Shown here: piece by piece, positions 52,424 to 63,000 of the stretch
Layout of the letters: each line of letters starts with the position of its first letter
How positions within the stretch are numbered: the stretch's first letter is position 1
DNA from: Trypanosoma brucei
Lineage: Eukaryota
Reading direction: 5' to 3'
Assembly (NCBI GenBank): GCA_000002445.1
Contig: CM000208.1
Location: forward strand, 320,001-384,000
Length of the DNA: 64,000 nucleotides
Program-made: the position numbers and the translations under genes
The notes under the pieces: model-generated
What the model was told of the DNA's origin: nothing
The model's input: the letters and a program-made list of their open reading frames with translations, nothing else
Databases searched by the model: none

Positions 52424-53462
52424 GCACGCGGTCCTTTTCCTCTTTGGAATGTGCTGAGCCAGTGTCGCCGTGTAGTCGGCAGTTTATGTGTGGAGTAAAG
52501 CATTACAAAGAAAGTAGAAAGAAAGAAAAAGTGCGAGGTAATGCACATACACACAAAACTGATGAATATAAAACTAAATCGCGCGGGACTGGGTTTTTTA
52601 TCGGCAACAATGCAAAAGCAAAATGTCAAAGAGCGGAGAGCATACGGTGAAGACAAGGCGGCAACCACACGATGTGCACACACTGACACATAGTATGGAT
52701 CGCTCAACATGCGCATACAAAAAAAGAGGAAGAAAGAAAGAAAGATAGAGAGAGAGCAACCAAACAAAACCAAATAAAAGAAGATGGGGCGACATATAAA
52801 TATACTCAAAAGCTGCACACCCCGATCCTTTTCCCTCTCCATATCGGAGACATTTAGTGGCATCGCTCGCATCCTTCACAAGCACATACGCCGCACACGA
52901 GAGTTTTCAGTGTTTCCCTACCCACAAACACGTATATTGGAGGGTAACAGAGGAAAGATTGTTCTTATCCGTTTATTTAAATCCCCAGTATCACCACGGT
53001 CGGTCTCCCTTCCTGTGGTTTTTGCCCGGGTAGTAAGAGAGGGAAAGGGAAAGAGGTAGTGAAAATATTCAGCGTTGGACTGAAGTACATAGGTAAAGAA
53101 AGAGAGGAAGAAGAGCAGTTGAGGGACATTCGTGAATTTCCCACGCTTTTTCATTCCCTTCCCTCCCATCCGTGTACCCCACCCCCATTCGTTACTATTA
53201 TTGCCGTTTCTCCGTGACTTCTCGTTGGCCGGAATATATTCATATTTTTAAAAACCTAATGCACCTGACATTTTGTTTTTTGTTTACCTTTTCCACAGCG
53301 TCTTTAACGACACCCCTTCTTTCCTGTTTTTCTCTTGCCCATTCTTCATGATCTCGCTTAGCCCCGGTATAAATAAAGCAACAAGAAACAAGTAAAAAAA
53401 ACTAGCAATAACAATACCAGACAGTACTGATGGTACAAGAAGGAAAATTCATTGAACTTTAT

Positions 53463-54200
53463 TCAGGGCGCCTTCTTCTCGTATGTGTCGCTCCCTTTGT
53501 CAACAGACACCCCAAAGACTTCGATGTAGTTCACCGTTGGAAGTTCATAAAAATGCTTAGGTTCTGTGCTACTTACATAAATTTTCTTGACGACGCTCAG
53601 CTCACCCCCGATAACTGCGATAAGGGCAACGGCTGTGTCATTTTCTTCGCCATTTGAGTCTTTCACAGGTTTTAGCGTCAGCAGCAGCGTCGGGTATTTG
53701 GCCAGCGCCACATACGAAAGCGTATATGGGTCGAACGCGCTCATCCACCGCTTGAAATCTGCCGGGTTATCGCACTCCCGGGACGCCGAGGCTACGTCAA
53801 AGCTCTTGCCACTGCAACCATACGCCATCTTCCTTTGCACAAAGTTGAGATCATCAATGAGACTCGTGCGGCCCTTCGCCCGAAGTTTTTCCATCTGCTG
53901 AGGATCGAGGGTTATAAAGTAGGCATGAACGGGACCATCATGCTTGATGATACAATCTCTTCCGACACCGGAGGGGACGGGTTTCTTCGTCTCGGCATCT
54001 ACAAAACGGGCAGTGTAAGCCACAACATTCGCGTTCTTACTGCGCTCGATGTACAGGAAAGTATCGGGATGGTCCTCCGTGAAGCGATCACCGCGTTTGC
54101 CTATGCGATCCCGCAAAAGGCGGTTGAAGGTTGTGGAGTCTTTGCCGTGTGTTGTAAACAAAGCCTGAGCAATCGCCGCGGCGCTCTTATATTCCACCAT
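53463..54200 (-). CDS. Hypothetical protein
   Basis: 245-aa ORF. No motif recognised. Confidence 0.35.
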   Translation of the reverse strand: MVEYKSAAAIAQALFTTHGKDSTTFNRLLRDRIGKRGDRFTEDHPDTFLYIERSKNANVVAYTARFVDAETKKPVPSGVGRDCIIKHDGPVHAYFITLDPQQMEKLRAKGRTSLIDDLNFVQRKMAYGCSGKSFDVASASRECDNPADFKRWMSAFDPYTLSYVALAKYPTLLLTLKPVKDSNGEENDTAVALIAVIGGELSVVKKIYVSSTEPKHFYELPTVNYIEVFGVSVDKGSDTYEKKAP

Positions 54201-54759
54201 TATCCCACCTTAGTCAGTAACCTTTACCAAACCCCCAAGGAACAGGAATTTTTTAAAAGCTAATGTATATATATGTATGTACCTGCGCCTTGTGAATTAA
54301 TTCTCAGCGCAGGGGTGTTGCAGCAGTGGCAGTGCAACAACAGAAGAAAAGGGATTCAACAGAAGAGGGGGTAAATCACGGGGCGCATATCCCGCTAAGA
54401 GCGTCAGTAAATGAATGGCAACGTCGCTGTGGCCCGTCCCACAGGAGTCGGAGCCGTGATTAGTTATATAAGCGCAAGCTCCTTTCTAATGTCGGCGGCG
54501 GCCAGTTGCACCTGTTACCATTTGACGGGGAAGGTAAAGCACCGCAAGCACACACAGACGTGAGTATCAGAAAGGTGGAAGGTGGATGGAGAAAAATGTG
54601 TTAGGCAAAATAACTCGCTGACACATAACCAGTGCAACGTTATGTAACAGACTTTTCCCCGGCCACTCCTAGAACAACAGCGCACTGTGAACGGATAGAG
54701 AAGGAACTTGAACGCTAAGTGGGCCCCACGGCATCCGTGTTCGCACCTACACCTATACC

Positions 54760-54760
54760 T

Positions 54761-54792
<32 letters not shown>
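54760..54792. repeat. Compound (AC)n(AT)n microsatellite
   Basis: cacacacacacacatatatatatatatatat. Confidence 0.85.
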
Positions 54793-54936
54793 GCTACAAG
54801 ATCATCGCAACGAAAAATAATAGCATACGCAGAATCTGCTGGAGTAATCATCACCATCCTATGACACCACGTTCATCCATCTCCTCCCTAACGCATTGAC
54901 AGTTATATCGAAAAGCCGACAAACACCCGCGGAAAT

Positions 54937-55584
54937 TTACTTGTTGTACGGCAGACGGGGTCGCTTGCCATAACCATCAGTCTTCACGTAGCGTGCGCCA
55001 AACGAGAATTGTTTTGGTCTCCGCCCATACGCATGACCATTCTGCTGCCGCTCTCGCACAAGTTTTTCCTGCGCGTAAAAGTGCCGCCAGTCGTGCGGTC
55101 GGTGTTGAAACGGTTTTGTGTGGTTATCTGACACGTTTTGTATGAACCAGTCGTTGAACTCCCAACACGCCTCACTCATTGCCCGCCGTAGGTGTCCAAC
55201 CCGCCCAAGACATGAATCCAGAGCCCGACTCTCTCGCTCGCAGGTCTCTTTTCCCGCCTTCGCCATACACAACCGAAGTGCCATCGTCTCGGATTGGCAC
55301 ATCGTCAACTGTTCCTCTCCACTGAGGCCAATGAGTTTCGCTTGTGTGAATACCGGTGAGCCGCTGTGGGACGGGGAGGAATCAATCTCACCGCGACCCG
55401 CACGCCTTACGCCCAAATTGTCAAAAGTTGTACCACGTCCAAAGTTAATAAGATTCGTCGGGTTGATGTAATCGTAGGCGTTTGTGGGTTTCAAACCATA
55501 TTGGTTCACACCGCTGTCATGCTGTCGACTCTTAAAAACAACGGGGGTGAGACGGTATGCAAAGAATATGTCGGACGACTTCAT
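54937..55584 (-). CDS. Twin Cx9C (CHCH-like) protein, a candidate mitochondrial intermembrane-space protein
   Basis: 215-aa ORF containing CQSETMALRLC...CERESRALDSC, i.e. two C-x9-C pairs separated by 8 residues. Confidence 0.4.
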   Translation of the reverse strand: MKSSDIFFAYRLTPVVFKSRQHDSGVNQYGLKPTNAYDYINPTNLINFGRGTTFDNLGVRRAGRGEIDSSPSHSGSPVFTQAKLIGLSGEEQLTMCQSETMALRLCMAKAGKETCERESRALDSCLGRVGHLRRAMSEACWEFNDWFIQNVSDNHTKPFQHRPHDWRHFYAQEKLVRERQQNGHAYGRRPKQFSFGARYVKTDGYGKRPRLPYNK

Positions 55585-55956
55585 GGAGTTTATTCGCTAG
55601 CTATATCCACCTCTAGTGCACTCGTACGGCACACGCATACACACACAAAGGCAATCGCGTTTCTTTGGCTTATTTTGCTTCGCTACCCCTCCACTCTGAA
55701 AAAAAAAATATTCCACCTTCCTTGCGACACAGCTTCCTGTATCTCCAAGTGCTTTCCCTTTTCCACTGCTACAGCCACTTACACCTGATCTGTGAAAAAG
55801 AGAAAAAAAAACTACAACACTAATCCAGAGCCCCGTGGCGCAACAAGTCCGTGCGGTTAGAAGAAAATAAAGAAATGGGTGAAGGGAAAAGTCAATAACT
55901 CTTGAACACCTTTGGAGTCCGAATTGCGCAACAAACATTAACCGGGTTTCTATCCT

Positions 55957-55972
55957 TCCCCCCCCCCCCCCC
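55957..55972. repeat. C16 homopolymer (G16 on the transcribed strand)
   Basis: cttcccccccccccccccctc in the intergenic region upstream of the twin-Cx9C gene. Confidence 0.9.
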
Positions 55973-56452
55973 TCAATGCATATAGCGGGGGGAGTTCGGA
56001 GTCTCCTTAAACAAGCAAAGTAACTGAATGCCACTGAAATTATCCATAATAGGGGCAAATGTTCATATATGAGAGAAGCAATTAAAAAAGGCACAATAGA
56101 AAGCGCAATAAACGAGAAGACACGTTGCCGCAAGAACACCCCGCTGACACGAAACCAAACGGCAACTATACATCCAACCAGTGTGAAACCACACCAGATC
56201 AGATATATATGTCTACAGATACACAACAACACAAGTTGGGTACAAGTCCTTCAATTTCTCTCTGCCGTTGTGAAAGGTCAGTCCGCATATTTCATTATAA
56301 CAGCAACGTCGGTCGCGTCGTCACGTGGAAGGGATGGTCCGTGTGGTAGAAAGTAGGAAACCATGACCCGCAACCGCGGGAAAGGAAGTGCAGAAAACAA
56401 CCCATAATAACAACGTCTGCCACCGCTTGCTTATGAAAATGGAACCCACGGT

Positions 56453-56473
56453 AATAATAATAATAATAATAAT
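56453..56473. repeat. (TAA)7 microsatellite
   Basis: taataataataataataataa. Confidence 0.85.
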
Positions 56474-57002
56474 ATTGAATTTCGACCGTCTCAACCATGT
56501 TTCTTCTACATATAAACCACAAGGACACTCAACAGCAAATGGCAACACGCGCATCGCAACAAACCACCGTTTCATTACCACATAAGTAAAGGCAATAGGA
56601 GCTGTACACAGTAGTACCACGTCAAGTAGCAGCAACAGCAAAAAAAAAAAGCAGTAGGACCCTAACGGACAGAACGAGGGTGCGGGTTGCACTCCGGTCC
56701 AAAGGAGGAGTGCGTCATTTTTATCCTGAATTCAAAAATGGTACAAAAGACGGAGTGAATCATGGCCCGATTCTCACAACGCCTTTGCTAACTGGTAACA
56801 TGCTCAGCGACTTTTTCGCACTCCTTCACAATACTACGAGGATTTCAGGATTTAAAAAAATTGATGCTCCCTGCACCTCAGGCTTCCCTACTGGTCGTGC
56901 CATCACAACCCGTCCCGCACCACTTTGCAATACGCTCGAGTGCTCTTCACTAAAACGAGATTATTCTGTTGCGAGAAGCTTCTATTGAAAAATAAACATT
57001 GA

Positions 57003-60000
57003 TCATCTGGCATCCGTGCTTTCATCCCCTCCCCCACTAACACGTTCTTTAGGAGTAGCAGCTGATGAGAAATTCAGTACGGCTTCCGGATTTGTACTGG
57101 AGTTCGGTGAAACCTCCGCATTCGCAGGGTCCCGGGATCCCGACCCCGTGCTGTCAGTGCTAGGCTCCCGCACCACCCGCGAGAGGCGACCGAGTCGGAG
57201 TAACAAGTTATGCATTATATTGTTCAACAATAATTCCCTCTGATCCACCGGCGCCAAGGCTTTCGAGCCAAGTTGTGCGTTCCTTGCTTCTTGCACGACA
57301 TGTACAATAGCGGTCTTCATCTCGCTGTACAACGACTCCACCTGAGCCTCTCTTTCCTCTAGGAGCAGAGATTTCTGTGCCACAATGTTTCGCAGCCGTG
57401 CAATCGACTTCTGGCTCGCTGACCCTTGCGTTTTTTGGGAGTCGCAACATCCGGCAGGTGCTGAAGTTAGGGAACAAGTTTCTCGCGTACCACATTCTCT
57501 CTGTGGAGTGTACGGCACACTCGGGGATTTTTGTACACTACATTCATCGCTGCAGCTCCGCAGAAATTTGAGTCCCGTTTCATGCAGATACCCCCGCTCC
57601 TGTGCAAGGAGCTCCTGGTATTCGCGCAGCTGAAGCCGGACAGCCCTGATCTGCTCGTGGTTGCTTGTCCTCTCCACCTGCAACATACTTATCGTGTCCC
57701 GCATGGCGTTTTGCTGAGCCTCCGCCTCTTCTAAGGTGTGGCGCCACTTGCTGAGCTCCTCCCGTGCACCATTCAGCGTTTCCTGGGCAGCTTGTATTTC
57801 ACTTTCATAGGACTCCCGCTGCCACTGTATCTCATTTTGCAGCCGTTCCTTCTGTTGATTACACCTCTCGAGATTTTGCTTGATCCGTTCGGTCTCTTGG
57901 GCGGCACCCACTTGCTCCCGAACCAACTGCTCCCTATCGGCAACCAGTCCGTCGTGAGCCTCCTGCAGTTGCTTGACCTCAAGCTGTAGCGCCTCCACTT
58001 GCTCATTGAGCTGCTGAACGCGGCGGTTGTGCATTTGTTCTGCATTTTGAGTTGTATCGGCCGCTTGACGAAGGCGCTCCTTCAGTTCGTCGCAACACCC
58101 CTGAAGTTCACAATTCTTCCGTCGTACGTGATCTACCTCTTCTTGTAGAGCTGCTTTACGTGGTTCGAGAGCAGCAATACGCATTTCGGCAGCCCGCAGA
58201 GCTGCGGCGGCTTCCTCGACCTGAAGGGTGCTCGAAGATTCCAACTCACATAACTTTCCATTTAAGCGTTGGGCATCACTTTCTTGCTGTGTTGCTCGCA
58301 TACGCAACCGCTCCAACTCGGTTTCAGCAACGGCCAACTGCGCCTTCAACGAATCCAATTGGGCCTGTTGCTCTTTGCAGGATTCTCCCAACTTCGTGTT
58401 GGCTTCCCGTAGCTCCTCCACAGTTGCAGTGAGGGCGTCTGCCTGTCGACGGGAGGCTTCTTCAGCTGTACGGTTTCTCTGGGTCAACAACTGTACTTCC
58501 TGCGTGGCATCAAGCAGCTGAGACTCCAGGGAGTCCCGTTCCGTTTCGGCACGCTCAAGACGGGGAATAACGCGATCAAGACTTGACTTGGTTGACCGCA
58601 GCTGTTTCTCCAAGTCTTCGCGCGAACACTTGCACTGGTCAACCTCCTCCAATGCTGCTGCGAGTTTCTGCTCCGTTAGTTCGAGTAGTTCACGAGAGGT
58701 GTGCGTCTTTTCCCTCAGCGCCTCCTGAAGCCGAACAACCTCCCGTCGCTGTTCGTCCTCAACATCTGCTGCTGTTTTCTTCAGTTCGGAAAATAGGTGC
58801 AGGACGTTTGCGTTCTCAGTTTTCACGAGTTCCATCTTGTGTAAAGAGTTTGCATACTCGACCTTGACCACCTCCATCTCATGCTGTGTGGCGTCAAGTT
58901 TTTCATGTAACTTTCTTATAACCTTGCTGTGCTCCTCCTTATTGGAACAAAGTTCAGACTCAACTCTTTCTGAAGAGGCTTTGAATGTAGCAACTTCCTG
59001 CTGAAGTTCAGTAATTTGACGTAGCAGACCTTGTCGCTCCACCTCCGCACCCTCAACAACGGCCATGAACTCTTCGCACTGCCGCTCACCCTCGATCATA
59101 GCATCACTGGCTGCTCGCTCAATAACATCGCAACGACTAAGCAATTTACGTTGGAAGTTTACGTGGTGCCGTACAAGGTATTCATGCGCGTCCAAAACAG
59201 CCCTAAACAGATATTCCACAACGAGAGGTATTGTCAGCACCTTCTCGGCAAAGAGGTCTTCGACAACGTTATGCTTCAGCGTGGTATGATCCAGCTCCGC
59301 AGTGTGTACCTCTTTCTCAGAGCCTCCATTCTCGCTGTGCAAACGTGACTGTTCTTCCCTTTGCAGTTCAACACGATTTCTCGTCACATCCGGCAACGTT
59401 TGACAATCCTCAACGCGCAACTCGGCTTCATTACTATCATCAAGTGGAACCACGCCATCATCTACCTGGCAACTCTTGTTGCATTTAGACTGCTTGCGGC
59501 AGATCACCAAGTTACCCATGCCGATATCATCGGGAATGTCCCCACTAAAATTACAGTACGATAAACCATTTAAGTTCCCATAATCAACCCTTTCACCATT
59601 TTCTCGATCCTCGGTCATATCAACAAAAGACCGACACACAACGCCGATTGCTTCCGGGGAATCAGTTTGCACCCGCGAGGACACCTTTTCAGAACCCTTC
59701 AATACATCGACACAGTGACTACCATTTCCGACAACCTCCCTATGAGAAATGCAGCATTCCGCTTCTTTAGCACCGCAGTCAGCGGTCTCTAGATTTATAC
59801 AAGGTAAACAACTATCTGCACCCAAAAGCGATCTAACACTACCAACACTACTTGAAGTAGAAGCAACAAAAACAGTAACACCACAATATCCACGAGTTCC
59901 ACCTGCCTCCTGTGTCACATTAGCTAATTCTACTTGCTGCCTTTCTTCCAGTTCACGAAGTTCTTCCTTTAACTGATCGTTACAAGCTTGGAGAGCATTA

Positions 60001-63000
60001 AGGCGTTCAAGAATGGCATCATCCGACTCGTTACCTGTGCGGCACGTTTCAAGTTCTTCAAGAAACTTCGCCTCCTGCTCAGCCTTGTATTCCTCCAATT
60101 TCTGTCTGAGAAGTTCATCATGCTCAGCGATACGGTCAGCTGCTTCCTGTGTCACATTAGCTAATTCTACTTGCTGCCTTTCTTCCAGTTCACGAAGTTC
60201 TTCCTTTAACTGATCGTTACAAGCTTGGAGAGTATTAAGGCGTTCAAGAATGGCATCATCCGATTCGTTACCTGTGCGGCACGCTTCAAGTTCTTCAAGA
60301 AACTTCGCCTCCTGCTCAGCCTTGTATTCCTCCAATTTCTGTCTGAGAAGTTCATCATGCTCAGCGATACGGTCAGCTGCTTCCTGTGTCACATTAGCTA
60401 ATTCTACTTGCTGCCTTTCTTCCAGTTCACGAAGTTCTTCCTTTAACTGATCGTTACAAGCTTGGAGAGTATTAAGGCGTTCAAGAATGGCATCATCCGA
60501 CTCGTTACCTGTGCGGCACGCTTCAAGTTCTTCAAGAAACTTCGCCTCCTGCTCAGCCTTGTATTCCTCCAATTTCTGTCTGAGAAGTTCATCATGCTCA
60601 GCGATACGGTCAGCTGCTTCCTGTGTCACATTAGCTAATTCTACTTGCTGCCTTTCTTCCAGTTCACGAAGTTCTTCCTTTAACTGATCGTTACAAGCTT
60701 GGAGAGTATTAAGGCGTTCAAGAATGGCATCATCCGATTCGTTACCTGTGCGGCACGCTTCAAGTTCTTCAAGAAACTTCGCCTCCTGCTCAGCCTTGTA
60801 TTCCTCCAATTTCTGTCTGAGAAGTTCATCATGCTCAGCGATACGGTCAGCTGCTTCCTGTGTCACATTAGCTAATTCTACTTGCTGCCTTTCTTCCAGT
60901 TCACGAAGTTCTTCCTTTAACTGATCGTTACAAGCTTGGAGAGCATTAAGGCGTTCAAGAATGGCATCATCCGATTCGTTACCTGTGCGGCACGCTTCAA
61001 GTTCTTCAAGAAACTTCGCCTCCTGCTCAGCCTTGTATTCCTCCAATTTCTGTCTGAGAAGTTCATCATGCTCAGCGATACGGTCAGCTGCTTCCTGTGT
61101 CACATTAGCTAATTCTACTTGCTGCCTTTCTTCCAGTTCACGAAGTTCTTCCTTTAACTGATCGTTACAAGCTTGGAGAGTATTAAGGCGTTCAAGAATG
61201 GCATCATCCGATTCGTTACCTGTGCGGCACGCTTCAAGTTCTTCAAGAAACTTCGCCTCCTGCTCAGCCTTGTATTCCTCCAATTTCTGTCTGAGAAGTT
61301 CATCATGCTCAGCGATACGGTCAGCTGCTTCCTGTGTCACATTAGCTAATTCTACTTGCTGCCTTTCTTCCAGTTCACGAAGTTCTTCCTTTAACTGATC
61401 GTTACAAGCTTGGAGAGTATTAAGGCGTTCAAGAATGGCATCATCCGACTCGTTACCTGTGCGGCACGTTTCAAGTTCTTCAAGAAACTTCGCCTCCTGC
61501 TCAGCCTTGTATTCCTCCAATTTCTGTCTGAGAAGTTCATCATGCTCAGCGATACGGTCAGCTGCTTCCTGTGTCACATTAGCTAATTCTACTTGCTGCC
61601 TTTCTTCCAGTTCACGAAGTTCTTCCTTTAACTGATCGTTACAAGCTTGGAGAGTATTAAGGCGTTCAAGAATGGCATCATCCGATTCGTTACCTGTGCG
61701 GCACGCTTCAAGTTCTTCAAGAAACTTCGCCTCCTGCTCAGCCTTGTATTCCTCCAATTTCTGTCTGAGAAGTTCATCATGCTCAGCGATACGGTCAGCT
61801 GCTTCCTGTGTCACATTAGCTAATTCTACTTGCTGCCTTTCTTCCAGTTCACGAAGTTCTTCCTTTAACTGATCGTTACAAGCTTGGAGAGCATTAAGGC
61901 GTTCAAGAATGGCATCATCCGACTCGTTACCTGTGCGGCACGCTTCAAGTTCTTCAAGAAACTTCGCCTCCTGCTCAGCCTTGTATTCCTCCAATTTCTG
62001 TCTGAGAAGTTCATCATGCTCAGCGATACGGTCAGCTGCTTCCTGTGTCACATTAGCTAATTCTACTTGCTGCCTTTCTTCCAGTTCACGAAGTTCTTCC
62101 TTTAACTGATCGTTACAAGCTTGGAGAGCATTAAGGCGTTCAAGAATGGCATCATCCGATTCGTTACCTGTGCGGCACGCTTCAAGTTCTTCAAGAAACT
62201 TCGCCTCCTGCTCAGCCTTGTATTCCTCCAATTTCTGTCTGAGAAGTTCATCATGCTCAGCGATACGGTCAGCTGCTTCCTGTGTCACATTAGCTAATTC
62301 TACTTGCTGCCTTTCTTCCAGTTCACGAAGTTCTTCCTTTAACTGATCGTTACAAGCTTGGAGAGTATTAAGGCGTTCAAGAATGGCATCATCCGACTCG
62401 TTACCTGTGCGGCACGCTTCAAGTTCTTCAAGAAACTTCGCCTCCTGCTCAGCCTTGTATTCCTCCAATTTCTGTCTGAGAAGTTCATCATGCTCAGCGA
62501 TACGGTCAGCTGCTTCCTGTGTCACATTAGCTAATTCTACTTGCTGCCTTTCTTCCAGTTCACGAAGTTCTTCCTTTAACTGATCGTTACAAGCTTGGAG
62601 AGTATTAAGGCGTTCAAGAATGGCATCATCCGACTCGTTACCTGTGCGGCACGTTTCAAGTTCTTCAAGAAACTTCGCCTCCTGCTCAGCCTTGTATTCC
62701 TCCAATTTCTGTCTGAGAAGTTCATCATGCTCAGCGATACGGTCAGCTGCTTCCTGTGTCACATTAGCTAATTCTACTTGCTGCCTTTCTTCCAGTTCAC
62801 GAAGTTCTTCCTTTAACTGATCGTTACAAGCTTGGAGAGTATTAAGGCGTTCAAGAATGGCATCATCCGATTCGTTACCTGTGCGGCACGCTTCAAGTTC
62901 TTCAAGAAACTTCGCCTCCTGCTCAGCCTTGTATTCCTCCAATTTCTGTCTGAGAAGTTCATCATGCTCAGCGATACGGTCAGCTGCTTCCTGTGTCACA

